Source of the DNA: Felis catus
Lineage: Eukaryota
Assembly (NCBI RefSeq): GCF_018350175.1
Contig: NC_058368.1
Coordinates: 172,610,001 to 172,670,000, forward strand
Length of the DNA stretch: 60,000 bases
Direction: 5' to 3'
Of this stretch, positions 1 through 13,415 are shown piece by piece (position 1 is the stretch's first letter; every line of letters begins with the position of its first letter). Both the position numbers and the translations under genes were made by a program. The notes beneath the pieces are model-generated. The model made no database searches, was not told where the DNA came from, and saw only the letters and a program-made list of their open reading frames with translations.

Positions 1-222
1 ATGAGAAAACCAAGGCACCCAGACTTGCTTTAAGGTTCCAGGCTTAGTAAGTGTCAGGGCAGAGGCAAGCCCAGGCAGGCAGTCTAACTCCAGAGCAGGA
101 GGCCTTAAACACGACAGTATCCTTCCACCACAGCAGAAAAGGAACCACAATGAACCAATTTGTGGTTTAGGGAATGACTCATTATTCTGTCCCAGACTTT
201 CTGCCAGAGGTCTGAGAATTCC

Positions 223-715
223 TGTGGTAGTTTTAAAACACATCTGCAGATTCTTTGGTGCACCTCTCATCAGGAGGTGGAGACTGTTTGCCTTCCCTTG
301 AACCTGAGTGGGCCTTTGTGATTCTCTTGACTTCTGAGGCTGGTTTAGAAAAGACACTACAGATTCCATTTGGCTCCCTCACTTGGGACAGGGACCTTGG
401 AAGCCCTGAACTGCCCTGAAAGAAATTTGTCCACACTAAGCTTCCATGCTGGAGAGACCGTGTAAAGACAGAAAGAGATGTCCAAGGACCCTAGGACTTT
501 CCAGTCTTCTCAGCCCAGGTGCCAGACACAAGTGAATGAGAGAGCCTTCAGATGATGCTAGACCTAGACACTGAAACTGCATTAGAGACCCTGAGCAAAC
601 ACTGTCCAACTGAGCCCTGACAACCCCCAGAGATAAGATGGCAATAATTAAAGGATTGTTGTGGTTTTAAGCCACTAAGTTTTGAGGTCATTTGTCATGC
701 AGCAATAGAACCAGA
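223..715 (+). mobile_element. MaLR solo LTR (MLT1-type)
   Basis: Starts TGTGGTAG and ends with the typical MLT1 3' motif TTTTAAGCCACTAAGTTTTG...GCAGCAATAG. Confidence 0.7.
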
Positions 716-2498
716 AGATATCCATATGTCTTGGAATTGTCTGGCCAGGTCAGAAGGAAACTGTTTTTGCTCTCTTTTCGCCCTTCTGTGCCCCATCCAC
801 TCCATCCGACTTCAGTTCTTTTTAATTCTGTTAAGTTCCCAGGACTTCAGGGCACTTACAATTTGTACATTGAATAAAATGTCATCTTAGAAAAATTCTG
901 TCAGTATATCCAACAGTATTTGCTAAAAGATGCTACTCTCAACACAAATACTCCTGTCTACAATAGAGCAAGGACTAATGTTCAAGTTTCTAAAAAATAA
1001 ATGAATATTTAGAATCTTTTTCTCATTTTTCACAGAATAAAACTTTTATTACTGTCTGAGAATACAGCCAGACAGGAGTTGTTACCCTCAAATCCTCCTA
1101 GACAATTGATGGTTTGGGGGCAAAAAAAAAAAAAAAAAAAAAAAAAAACAAAGAAAAGAAAAAAAAGGGCATTTTTCTAAATACACATGTATGGAGGGTC
1201 TGGAAACCAAAGGATTTTCCAGGATTTGAGTAGATCTCTTTATAACCACACTTCATTTTTACAGAAAGTAGAGTGTAAACCTCAACCAATTATATTTCAA
1301 AGCAAAGAATGTTTTTCTCCTGGGAGAATATGTGCATGACAGCTCTGGAGGTTTAAATTTAAACCATCTTGAATTAAATCTGAACATACAAAAAAGTGGA
1401 TCTTGACAAATTTCTTAAGCAACATTATGCTCATGCTTGGGTAATTCAGAAATGGCTGAACAGATAGGTTCAACCTTCCAGAAAAGAATTTGCTTCTGAG
1501 CTAATATGAAGCATATGAAATTTCAGCTGAAAAGGTTACTAGGAGAGGGAGAAATTTGTAAGACATTGAAAATAGAGATGCCAGATGAATATAAAGATGA
1601 TAAATGTAAAGTAGGAGCTTGGAATGAGAGCAATACCCATGGCCATAAATCTAACAGTACTGGTTATGTCATAATTCCAAAGGTTTTATGTATTTATCCA
1701 AGATGAGTACATAGCTCAACATCGTCCTTATCCAGTTTTTTTTTTCTTCTCGGATTCCTTTTGGTTATAATAACACTTCACATTTATGTCATACATTTCA
1801 AAATACACCATGTATATTATAAGACATACTGTCCTTTATGTCCAAAGTTACCAGTTATAACAAATAAAACCATTGCAGAGTTGTGAAAACTTGATTACCT
1901 GGTGCTTGCCATTCCAAATTCTCTTTACCTAAACTAGGACCACATGTTAGAGTTGGAATGAGGACACACTCACACACCTGCCCTGGTGCGCTCTACCCAC
2001 CCTTCTCTCTCTAAAGTGTTTTTATAAGCCCAGCTAAGTTCCTATATCCCTCAAAAAGCCTTCCTTTACTTCCCCAGGTCACAATGATGTCCCAGAGCTC
2101 TCTTAGCTTGAAGCACACATTTTGAGGACAGAATCATATAGTTTAATGGTGATTTGCCTTCCCTACCCACATTACCAATTATTTATTAATAAATGAGGTT
2201 GTAAATTCCTGAGAGAAAACAGTAAGGTAGAGTTGAGGGAGCTCAATGAACATTTATTGAGCCCTTATCACAAATCAGTAAGTACTGATTTAAATGTTTA
2301 AATACCTTATTTAATGCTATAGAGTGGGGGAAAGTACTTATCATCCCTATTTATGGGGTAGAGGGAGGTAAGTGAAGAGCAGTAAATCCAAAAAATTAAT
2401 AGCAGTGTGCCCAAGTAAAGAGTCAGTTCCCGATGGACTGACAGCTGAAGGTTGTTTTCTGACAGTACTCTTAGAAGCTGGGCAATAAGTCCTTTCTT

Positions 2499-2519
2499 TC
2501 TTTTTTTTTTTTTTAATTT

Positions 2520-2574
<55 letters not shown>

Positions 2575-2749
2575 CTTGTTTGTTTGGTAGGGGGAGGGGA
2601 AGAGGGAGAGGGAGAGACAGAATCCCAAGCAGGATCTGCACTGCCAGCACAGAGCCCGACACGGGGCTCGAACTCATGAACTGTGAGATCATGACCCAAG
2701 CCAAGATTCAGAGTCAGACACTTACCTGACTGAGCCACCCAGGTGCCCC
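2499..2749 (-). mobile_element. CanSINE (SINEC_Fc type)
   Basis: Reverse-complement tRNA-derived head GGGGCACCTGGGTGGCTCAGTC, (TTTA)n tail, TSD AA(T/C)AAGTCCTTTCTT. Confidence 0.92.
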
Positions 2750-2759
2750 AACAAGTCCT

Positions 2760-3582
2760 TTCTTGAAGGGAGAACTGTGTGGTACATTCCCTTTTTCATC
2801 ACAGGTCACTTCTTGAGCCATTGGATCTACTCCTTCATATATATTTGGGGAGCCTCTCCTCCAAGATTCTGGTGAGCCTCTCTTTCAGGGGGAATCTTAG
2901 AAGAGGAAGTTTAGTGGGAAAATTATAATAGCCACCACTGCTTTAGGTCCTAGGGTCCCAAATGCTACTCATTGTCCCCTTCCTCCAGTAGCAAGTCAGA
3001 TCTCCTCACCCTCAAGAGCTGGCCTAGGCTGTTTACTGGGTGACACAACCCAGATTCTCATCTCTGATTGCTGCACTTGTTCATTTACTGTTAAACTGAA
3101 GGGAGAACAAAGAGGTATAAACCTATTCCTCTTTGCCTCTATTATGTAATTGTAGCACTGCCTCTTCTTGATGATCAGTGTCAATTACCTCAGCCAAGAT
3201 AATGACTCTTCTTGCCTGCTGCTGTCTGTATCCCTTGATGGAAGTGGTCTTCCATTGGAGAACAGACCTCGTAACCCTGCAGAGGCAAGAGCTTTGGGGA
3301 CGAGAGGCACAAATTTCCCAATTGGATAATTTCCCAATAGTGAGTTGAGGCAAGTGTGGTCATTCCTGCTTCTACCTTTTGGTTTCTAGACCCATGGAAA
3401 CCTCTTATTGGGGATGAAGCACTATATGAAGTCTTTGATTCAACATATACACTGAGCCCTGGAAGGTGGTTCACCATCCTCATAAAGTATCACCTTCAAG
3501 ATGACAAATTAGCTGTGCTTCTAGGGGGCTGTTCTACTCTTTCCAGCAGCTTCTTGTGGTGCAGTATGTAGTATGACCAGTG
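2760..3582 (-). mobile_element. ERVL/MaLR internal region remnant
   Basis: Minus-strand decayed translation SPIRGFHGSRNQKVEAG resembles ERVL internal sequence. Confidence 0.6.
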
Positions 3583-4232
3583 GGTGGAAAATAAAAACAC
3601 TAATTCAAAAAAGATATATGTACTTCTATGTTTATTGCAGCATTGTTTGCAATAGCCAAGATATGGAAGCAAACCAAGTGTTTATTGATAGATGAATGGA
3701 TAAGGAAGATGTAGTGTATATACACAATAGAATATTACTCAACCACAACAAAGAATGAGATCTTGACATTTGTGACAACATGGATGGACCTAGAGGGTAT
3801 TATGCTAAGTGAAATAAGTCAGACAGAGAAGGATAAATTGATTTCACTTATATGTGTAATCTAAAAATCAAAGAACTATTTCTGTTTGTTCATTGATTTT
3901 GTTTTTTAGATTAGACTCATAAATTCAGAAAACAAATTGGTAGTTCCCAGAGGAGACAGTAGAGGAATGCATGAAATAGGTAAAGGGAATTAAGAGGTAC
4001 ACAAGTCCAGTTATAAAATAAGTAAGGCACAGAGATGAAAAGTACAGAGAATATAGTCAACAATATCGTGATAATGTTGTATGGTGACAGATGGTGACTA
4101 TACTTCTCGTGGTGAATATTGAATAATGTAATGTAATAATGTAATGTATAGAATTGTCAAATCACTATGTTGTACACCTGAAACTAATTTAACATCGTAT
4201 GTCAACTATACTTCAATAATAAAAAAAAAATT
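3583..4232 (+). mobile_element. L1 3' fragment (ORF2 end + 3'UTR + A-tail)
   Basis: ACATGGATGGACCTAGAGGGTATTATGCTAAGTGAAATAAGTCAG and TGTACACCTGAAACTAAT motifs, followed by poly-A. Confidence 0.88.
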
Positions 4233-4888
4233 CAAAAAATCTGGATCAGGCTATGCATCATAATATATCTAAGATGTTTATTGTTGGATAGCTGATATCA
4301 GACCTTTTCTTTTTCATATTTTTCCTTCTCGGTTCAGATATAGGAAGTCAGCTATATAGGATTTAGATTCATATTTCTCTAAAATGGGCCTGGTACTTTC
4401 TTTGCACACACAGCACACAGTGAGAGGCTTGCATTTCTTCTTGCAGCTGAAGGGTATGGCAAACACAACAGGAAATTGAGGGGCAGGCTGAGCATTTGCA
4501 TGGCTACCTCAGATGATGGCTGACTCCCCAGCTGCCTCCACCCCAACTGTGGTGACTTTGGCAGGCTGTGAAGAGGAGCCTTCTATGTAGCAGGTACTCA
4601 GTATTGATTGGATTTAAATAATCCCTAGCTAAATATCATTTCCTGTAAGGAGTCTGGGTATCCTGGATTCAAGCTGAGCAACCATACTCTGTGAGGGATC
4701 AAACTGGCCACCAGTGAAGGAAATGGTGAGTCCAAGAACCCCAGAGAGAGGGGCATCAACCCAACATCTCAAAGACTTTAGGCATAGTTTTAAAACTGCA
4801 GGTCTATATCCTATCTAAGGGTTACAAAATCATTTTAGTGGATGGTGACAAGCTTTTTTTTTTAATGAGCTAGAGAAATATATTACAT

Positions 4889-4966
4889 AAGTTTTCTGAA
4901 GCTATATATATATATATATGCTTATATATATATATAGCTTATATATATATGCTTATATATATATAG

Positions 4967-5015
<49 letters not shown>

Positions 5016-5028
5016 CTTCAGAAAACTT
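4889..5028. repeat. Interrupted (TA)n palindrome with unique inverted arms
   Basis: AAGTTTTCTGAAGC(TA)n...(TA)nGCTTCAGAAAACTT. Confidence 0.9.
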
Positions 5029-5891
5029 TTTCATTTGTGAATGTATGTTTTTCTGGGGTATAGCATAAAGTGAGTGTGTATCTGGTTGTGTATCTGGCTA
5101 AAATATACTGCCTTGGGGGGAATATACTTAAATTTAGAATTATCACCCTGACACTCAGCCTAGAAGCCTTACTTTTGCTTTCCTTTCTTTTGATCATGAA
5201 TAGCTTGAGGCATCTCTCTTACTCCTTTCCATTTCATTCATCCTGTATTCATTAGACTTGGGGTGATCAAGAAGAACGCACCTTATTTCTGTTCCTTCTA
5301 TGCCCCTTTTCCCTTCCAGTTGGTGACATGGGTGGGCTAAGAAGGCTGGACTCCTCCATTTCTCTCTCCTAGCAGGCAAAATAATCAAGAATGAGCTAGG
5401 CTGTTGGGTTCTGGGAAGGGATTGGAACAGGCTTCTTATCTGAGATAGGTGGAGCCAATGAAGAAATTACTAGAAATATCATTTGGATCTTCAAATCCAA
5501 GGAATGAGGCAGAAATCCAAAGCCAATGTGCAGAGGCAAACAGTGTGAGACATAAGGGTGAAGGAGGAAGGGTTGATCTTGCAGTGTTGAAATGGGAGGG
5601 CAGGAGCAAAGGGAAGAATTCCCAGAATGAGGAACATCCACAGCAATGTTTCATGATTTGAAAATGAGAAAAGCTAAAACATACCAACTATTACCTTATC
5701 TACCAACTTATATATTTTAAATGTGCCAAAAGAAGATGACAGGGGTATGGATTACATGAGTATATCCATTTCCAAATTATATAGCTAAAAATTGTGCATT
5801 TCAATGTACATATATTTTAATTTTAAAAATGACAATAATTAAGAGTAGGAAGTGTGTAAAGGTACAGATGGATCAAGAATGGCAGATTGTT

Positions 5892-5989
5892 GGGGCACCT
5901 GGGTGACTCAGTCCATTAGATCACATTCTCATAGTTCATGAGTTCAAGCCCCACATCAGGCCTCATGCTGAGGATGAAGCTTGCTTGGG

Positions 5990-6032
<43 letters not shown>

Positions 6033-6074
6033 ATAAATAAATAAACATTAAAAATCCCTAAAAAAAAAAAAAAA
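5892..6074 (+). mobile_element. CanSINE
   Basis: GGGGCACCTGGGTGACTCAGTC head, (CT)n, A-tail; internal deletion. Confidence 0.88.
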
Positions 6075-7526
6075 GAATGAAGCTGTGTGATGGGTACATG
6101 GGGATTCATTATACTCTATTTACTTTGTATGTGAAATTTTTCCACAATGCCTCAAAATGTCTTTAACACTCCTCCTTGTTATTAATCTATCCAAAGGCTA
6201 ATATTGCCTTTTCTCCATAACCTCTCACCAACATGGAAGCAATGAATTGACTGTTTCCACATTTCTGGCTGCTCCCAACAGCCAAGTCCTGAAGTTGCTA
6301 TAGACCAGATGGTCCAGGAGCAGCCTATCTGCCATAGTCACACCAGGTTATAGTCATGCCAGATTTAGAAGGAATATAAGAGATAGAGATGGTGGCTTTG
6401 TGTCTGAAACATGTATTAAATCCAGTACGTCTCCAACCCACAGGGCTCTGTGATGTCAGATCTTCCCAGGAACCTGTAAAGATAGAAGAGACTCATGCTT
6501 GTTATTTCACTGCACTGATAATTAAGGCAACAAGACTTGTGTCTACCTGGAAAGTGCCAGACGTTCTGAATTATGAATAGAGTAGGTGAGGTGGCAACAG
6601 CTGGCAATTCAACATGTGTGGTTTGCTTTAACAGGAAATCGCAAACTAATCTTTGAGGCCTAACACAGCATGAAACTCACAGAATTACGTGCTCAGGGCT
6701 ATGAAATTAAAGGCTTGCTGATGAGGAAATGGCCCCCTCATCTACCTCCTCATTAACAGGCCCAGAGAGAGGGTGTGCTGCCAGAGGCTGGTCTTGATGT
6801 CTAATGATCTGAGACAGAACTGGAGCACTAACATGAAATGGTATAGTAGAAAGGTGTTCTAATCTTGGATCTTCAAGTTACTATGCAATATTGGGCAATC
6901 CACCCAGCTAAGCTATACTTTCATTTCCTTATCTGTAACATGATCTGGCTGATATTTCTAAAATTCCATTATTTATTTGCCAAAAGGTTTCATTCATCCA
7001 TTATTGGCAAGTTATCAGTAAGGTAGAATTGCCCTTGGCTCATGTGTCACCTATTTCTTGACAAGGGTCAGTCTCACAAGCAGAGAGAATAGTGACTACT
7101 TTGTGGTGATTTAGAGCATAAGGAGATGAAATCCCAAGTTTGCAAACTCCTCACTAGCTATAGCATTTCCTGAAACTACACTAGAAGAGATTTTTTTTCT
7201 TTGAATTTTGGAGGTTCTTTTTAAGAATCCCTATTAAAATGGAAATGCCCCTGGAAGACTACTCAGCCCTTAGCACTCATTTAAAACTTTGTAGAAATAG
7301 TCCATTAGATAAATAGGTCTTGTGGGCAGTAGGAGAAGGGACTGAAGAAGAGTGTGAAGGCACTGATGTGAGTCTAGTGCACTTGGACTCCACCACCCCA
7401 AGGAATAGACCAGTTGTTGCAGGAAATGAAATACAAAAGGATTAAGGTTGGGGAATAGTTTGAGGGGACTTGAATCAGTAGCAGTCCACGTCAATTTTAG
7501 CACATGATTCCAAAGTTCCTTACATC

Positions 7527-7934
7527 TGTGTTAAGTACTGAATGTTTGTGTCTCCACACCACCGACAAAATCTACATGTTGAAACCCTAAGCCCCAATGT
7601 GATAGTATTTGGAGACGGGGCCTTTGAGAGGTAATTAGGGCTAGATGAGGCTATGAGAGTCCCCATGATGGGATTAGTGCCTTATTAGAGGAGACACAAA
7701 AGAGCTTGCTCTCTCCCCCTTGGCCACACACACACTCCAAAGAAAGTTCATATGAACACACAGCAAGAAGGCAGCCATCTGTAAGCCAAGAAGCGAGCTC
7801 TCTCCAGAACTGGATGCTGCCAGCCATTGATCTGGGACTTTCCAACCTCCAGAACTGTGAGAAAATAAACTTTGGTTGTTTAAGCCACCCAGCCGGTGGG
7901 TATTTTGGCACAGCAGCCTGAGCTGACTAATACA
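7527..7934 (+). mobile_element. MaLR solo LTR (MLT1A/B-like)
   Basis: GTTGAAACCCTAAGCCCCAATGTGATAGTATTTGGAG...CTCCAGAACTGTGAGAAAATAAA...GACTAATACA. Confidence 0.82.
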
Positions 7935-8548
7935 ATCTCCTTTTAATCACATGCCCCCCTTCCCTTCCAGTGTTAGCCATGAGTCAATTTGCCAAATCAG
8001 GCATGAAAGAAATGTCCCTGGCAAGGGAATATTCTTAAACATTATTCCTCTCCCAGAGACTACCAGGCCGGTGCTATTTTTACATGAATCCAGAGCACTT
8101 CTCAGACCCCAAGAAGTTTTCTGACTACTTTTAGAAGACCCAACCAGACAAGGTGGTTGCATTTCCTAAAGGAACCTCCCTCTTGACCTATCCCACATGA
8201 GAAATAGGTTTACCAACGTGCTAGGTATTGAAAAAGTTGGAAAGACTTTTAATGATTTATTTTTTAATTATCAAGTTTCAAACATACTCCAAAGTAAAAA
8301 GAGAGCAGTACAAAGAGCATCCATATATTCACCACTCAGATTCAGTGATTGCCTGTGAAGATTTTAAAGGAAAATGCCAGTGAGAGACAAAGCATTATAT
8401 CTACAAAGTACTAAATGTGCCATGGGGGAAATAAACTCATTATTTTGTGGGATATAAATACACTATTGAGCTACAGGAGAATGTGTCTAATTCTTCCTCA
8501 ACCACATGCAAGGGTAAATCTGACCTAAGCTTTAAAAACTGGATCCTT

Positions 8549-8685
8549 GGGGCACCTGGGTGACTCGGTTAAGCATCCAATTTCTGCTCAGGTCATGATC
8601 TCACTCTTTGTGAGTTCAAGTCCCGCATCGGGTGAGCTCAAGCACTGATTTGGGCTCCACACTGAAAGTGCAGAGCCTGTGTGGG

Positions 8686-8731
<46 letters not shown>

Positions 8732-8812
8732 CCTCACTCGCTCCCTTTCTCTCTCTCTCTCTCTCAAAAAAAAAAGGGAAATAAACTTTTTAAAATAAAT
8801 ACATAAATAAAT
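8549..8812 (+). mobile_element. CanSINE
   Basis: SINE head, (CT)n, A-rich tail, TSD AAAACTGGAT(C/T)CTT. Confidence 0.9.
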
Positions 8813-8829
8813 AAAACTGGATTCTTTAA

Positions 8830-9095
8830 CAACAAATGAGCAGAGGAAAAAAAAAGAGAGAGAAACCAAGAAACAGATTCTTAACTGTAGAGAAAAAACT
8901 GATGGTTACCAGAGGAGAGGCGGGTGGGGGCACGTGTTAAATAGATGATGGGGATTAAGGAGTGTACTCCTCATGATGAGCACTGGATGATGTACGGAAG
9001 TACTGAACCACTACATTGCACACATGAAAGTAATATAGCACTGTATGTTTACCTATACTAGAAGTAAAATTAAAAACTCAATAAAAAATAAAAAC
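8830..9095 (+). mobile_element. L1 3'UTR fragment
   Basis: GATGGTTACCAGAGG...GATGAGCACTGG...A-rich end. Confidence 0.8.
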
Positions 9096-9745
9096 TAGAG
9101 TGTTTAATAAAATGGAAGCATTCAATATTCAGGGATAAACCTTTTTTCTTTCAGCAGGTTTTTTATGTTTTCTTCTCTTCAGAGGGCCCCAGGAAGGGAT
9201 TCCCAGGAGAAGGATCCATGGACAGACAGACTTCCCTTTTTCATATCCAAGTCCATCTTAGCAGTCTCCTGAAAGAGAAACCTAGGGACATCACTCCTCC
9301 AACCCTACTGCATCCTCTTATAGATCCCCATCTGATTCTTTTTACAAACACAGTTAAATCCCTAAAGTGTCATAATTTCCACACTTGATTTTTAGAGCCT
9401 ACCTTTGACTAGCATCCTAACAGCATGGTTTCCTTGACATTCTACAAGGACATATGTATGTCACTTCCATCTTTAAATCCATAAAGTGGTTCCAATTCCA
9501 AGGAAAGTAAATTTTCTCTGCTACCAGACCACAGACTAGACTCCCATGGCTTACATTGGGTCACTGCTTTCTTTCTTGCTTCCTTCCAGATACCTCTTCA
9601 TGTTCCCAGTGAGTGATCTTCAGTGTTGTGACATGGTACTTTCTCTTCTTTACCAACCCTATAATCAGAAAGTTATTCCTGTGACCTTTTCCAAACTTCT
9701 TCTTTCCCCTTTACTGTACATCCCTTTAAAACTACACTTACTGGT

Positions 9746-9950
9746 GGGGCACCTGGGTGGTTCAGTCGGTTAAGCGTCCGACTCTTGCTCTCTGCTCAGG
9801 TCATGATCTCATGGTTTGTGAGTTTGAGCCCCACATCAGGCTCTGCAGTAACAGCACAGAGCCTGCTTGGGATCCTGTCTCTCCCTCTCTCTCTGCCCCT
9901 TCCCTGCTTGTGCTCTCTCTCAAAATAAATAAATAAACTTAAAAAAAAAA
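9746..9950 (+). mobile_element. CanSINE
   Basis: SINE head and tail, TSD AAAA(C/T)TACA(C/T)TTACTGG. Confidence 0.92.
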
Positions 9951-10011
9951 TTACATTTACTGGATAGGAGAAGGGAACCTAGCAAGACTGCCTGAAAGAG
10001 GTATATTTTAC

Positions 10012-10450
10012 TTTTTTTTTTTTTTTACTTTAATTCCAGTGTAGTCAGCATATAGTTTATATTAGTTTCAGGTGTACAATGCAGTGGTTCAGCAGTTCCA
10101 TATGTTACTCAGTGCTCATCAAGATAAGTGTACTCTTAATCCTCTTCACCTATATCACCCATTCTCCCTCCCACCTCCCCTCTGGTAACCACCTGTTTGT
10201 TTTCTATAGTTAGGAGCCCGATAAAGAAGATGTAGTATATGTATATATACAATGGAATATTAGTCAGCCATAAAAAAGAATGAAATCTTGCATTTGCAAC
10301 ACCATGGATGGATCTAGAGAGTACAATGCTAAGGGAAATAAGCCAAGCAGAGAAAGACAAATACCATATGATTTCACTAATGTGAGGAATTTAAGAAAAA
10401 AATAGCAAACAAAGACCAAAAAAAGAGACAGAGAGATAAACCAGGAAAAG
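10012..10450 (-). mobile_element. L1 3' end with 5' inversion (twin-primed)
   Basis: Minus-strand L1 3'UTR + polyA (10012-10218) joined to the adjacent upstream L1 segment on the plus strand (10220-10450). Confidence 0.8.
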
Positions 10451-11379
10451 GAGCTTTCCCTCCTCTTAGTCATTCATAGTATGAGAGCAAGGGCTCCAGA
10501 AGTTACCGGATGCATTTGCCAACCTATTGTGTTCACATTTGGGGGCTGAGCTTTTTATTGTTTGGAAGGCGGCTAAAGGGTGTTCCAGATGGTTTTGAGG
10601 CACATCTTATAAAAATATCCATTTAAATGTTAAACTCTAAGTCTTAAGAGAGTGTGTCTATTTACATTTTCTGTATGACTACTGAATATATTAGTGTTTG
10701 GTGCTTTGGGTAATGATCGGGTTATTCTATGATGACATGACAGTGGGTAAGGAAGAGGAAGAGTACAAACTAGTTGGCAGCATCTTCTAGAGAGCCTGTT
10801 TTTATGATTTTTAAATACAAACACTGCGTCACATGAACCCAACTGCTTCCATCTCAACTTTTATTATGATTCGTGCCATTATTACAGTAGTTTACAGTTG
10901 TATAGTAAAATCAGCGACTTTCAAAGCCGAGGACCGAAAGCCAAAGATAGCTTTCTGGTACCACCTTGTGGCTAACATATTAATACACATTTTAAGCTGA
11001 TTACTAACTAGATACATAGAGTATTAGCAAAATATGTATTTTTGGATGTATATATAATTCTGTATATAACAAATGATAGAGCTGGAAGAAATTTTACAAT
11101 TACTTAAACCTCAGGTGGTAAGAACAGATTTCATTCCACAGATGCGTGGACTTAATTTCTCTCTAATTAACCTAATCTCCGTTAATTTAGGGGTCCCCTA
11201 GTCCATCCCTAGGCTTGCTTCTAAATTCTCGGGGATTTAAAGGGTGTCAAGTCATCAGGAAGTGTGGGAAAGAGTTTCTGATCCTTGGCTGTCAAATAAC
11301 ATAGGTCATATCTGAGTCTTTCATTGCTTGTTCCCAGCTTCAAGACAGCTTCAGGTCTGGCATATAAGTGCTGATTCTG

Positions 11380-11530
11380 GATCTCTCCTGCTGCTCTACA
11401 CCACACTGAGCCTCACCTGCCTAGGCACATAACACCACCATTTTTCCTGGGCTGCCTCTCTGGAGCTCCACCTGGGGAAGCAGCACATGTCATTCGGTTC
11501 TAGGATCTCCCAAACCATGCAGAGTTTGTG
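11380..11530 (+). pseudogene. Possible decayed exon 1 of the TMED9-like paralog
   Basis: Hydrophobic SLLLLYTTLSLTCL, then SLELHLGKQH...F*DLPNHAEFV, loosely matching p24-alpha [33 protein letters not shown] just upstream. Confidence 0.3.
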
Positions 11531-11572
11531 TTTTTTTCTCTTCTAGGACAGCAGGACTCAGGGCTTCTTTTT

Positions 11573-11799
11573 ATTTATTTTTTTTTTAATTTTTTTTCAA
11601 CGTTTATTTATTTTTGGGACAGAGAGAGACAGAGCATGAACGGGGGAGGGGCAGAGAGAGAGGGAGACACAGAATCGGAAACAGGCTCCAGGCTCTGAGC
11701 CATCAGCCCAGAGCCCGACGCGGGGCTCGAACTCACGGACCGCGAGATCATGACCTGGCTGAAGTCAGACGCTTAACCGACTGCGCCACCCAGGCGCCC
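11573..11799 (-). mobile_element. Young felid CanSINE
   Basis: CpG-rich near-consensus body, perfect TSD CTCAGGGCTTCTTTTT. Confidence 0.95.
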
Positions 11800-11849
11800 C
11801 TCAGGGCTTCTTTTTAGCAACTCACAGGCATATTAGTACCTGACTTCTT

Positions 11850-12288
11850 CCTCTCCCAAGTATTCCTGTTTCTCCCACCCCACAGCCTCTAGCAACAATT
11901 CTTCTACTCTGTTTCAATAAGTTTGACCTTTTTTTTTTTTTACTATGCAGTATTTGTCTTTCTCTGTCTGGCTTATTTCACTTAGTATAATGCCCTCCAG
12001 TTTCATCCACGTTGTAGCAAATTACAGGATTTACTTCTTTTTTAAGGATGAATAATATTCTATTATATAGAGAGATAATATATGTATCACATTTTCTTGA
12101 TCTATTCATCCATTGACAGGCACTTAGCTTCTTCCATACCTTGTCTATCGTGAATAATGCTGCAATCAACATGGAAGTACAGATAATGGTTCCATTTCCT
12201 TTTAATATATACCCAGAAGAGGGAAAGCTGGATCATATGGTAGTTCTATTTTTAATTTCTTGAGGAGCCTCCATACTGTTTTTCCATT
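11850..12288 (-). mobile_element. L1 3' fragment abutting TMED-like exon 2
   Basis: Reverse-strand L1 motifs GGCTTATTTCACTTAG and GGATCATATGGTAGTTCTATTTTTAATTT. Confidence 0.85.
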
Positions 12289-12290
12289 AA

Positions 12291-12377
12291 GTAACTATAA
12301 GATCCCTTATAGAAAAGTAGCAGCCCTCTTCACAGTAGATCAATTTGTTCATGTTTGTGAAGGACACTGAGAACAGG
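12291..12377 (+). pseudogene. TMED9-like paralog exon 2 remnant
   Basis: (G)NYK...FMFVKDTENR|GTAAGG versus TMED9 GNYRT...GMFVEVKDPEDK; frameshifted. Confidence 0.6.
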
Positions 12378-12679
12378 GTAAGGTGGGCTTTGACTCCTTG
12401 AAGCCACACCGGCCTTTAGCATCAATGCCTAGTCCTCCATTTCTCAGAGGAGGGCCTGTCTCCTCACAGGCAGGAAAGCTCAAGGAGGATCATGCTCTTT
12501 GCAAACTGCAGAATACTGTGTATTGGCGATGCTGGGATCTGAGACTTTCCAGCCCAAACTAATGCCATTTCCCTCATACCTTCCCCTCTGGTCTGGCCGA
12601 TGGGGGTCTAGGACCTAGACCCTCAGATTTCCTCTCCTGGAAGCAGGTACATATGCTCACTGGAAGCTGAGTCCTCTAG

Positions 12680-12809
12680 AAACTTCTGGTCCATCAGTAT
12701 GGCCTTCAGGGAAGCTTCACCATCACCTACCTCCCAGCCTCCCCAAGAGCACCAAATCTGCCTTCATCTTCAGTCCATCCACTTCACCCTCCTCTATGTT
12801 GGCAAGCTG
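12680..12809 (+). pseudogene. TMED9-like paralog exon 3 (GOLD domain), 4-bp frameshift
   Basis: CTCTAG acceptor, KLLVHQYGLQGSFTIT/SQPPQEHQICLHLQSIHFTLLYVGKL versus [48 protein letters not shown] donor; ACCT duplicated. Confidence 0.9.
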
Positions 12810-13415
12810 GTGAGTGCAGCAGGCAAGAGGCTGACCATTTCATGGGCTCAACATCTCCATCCCTGGGGTAAGAAGGGTGCAGCAGGTGGTGCCTGGATGG
12901 GGGCTGGGGAAATAAGGGGATACAGGAAGTAAGGGGATACAGAAAGTAAGCATACAGAGAGGGGATGAAGATGAGAGGGTACCCTGTGAGGGAATCACTG
13001 CGACCTAAAATCATCCCTTGTTTCCCTGCCATCCCTAGGGTAACGACCAAGCTTCATAATGTGAAACTCAGAGCTGTTCTGTATCTCAGCACTCCCGGGC
13101 TCTCCGTGGTCACCTCTCACCAACACAGTACTTCTAGTAACAGTCTGTCTCAAACACTTGAGTCATACCTCTACTTCTCTGAATATGTTGTCCCATCCCT
13201 TCTGTCATTTGAACATGGAACTCTATGCAGGCAAGTCCTGATCTGGTGTTCAGCACCCGGAGCAGGGCCAGTCCCTAAGTCAGTGAGTGTAAGGAACTGA
13301 ACTGCCTGCTTAGGCCAACATTGGGGCATGGGAGCTGGGTTTCTGGCAAGCTCTATTCAGGCTCTATGTAGAGGCAAGGTCCCTGACCCCCACCTTCGGC
13401 TTCCCTGTTCCCCAG

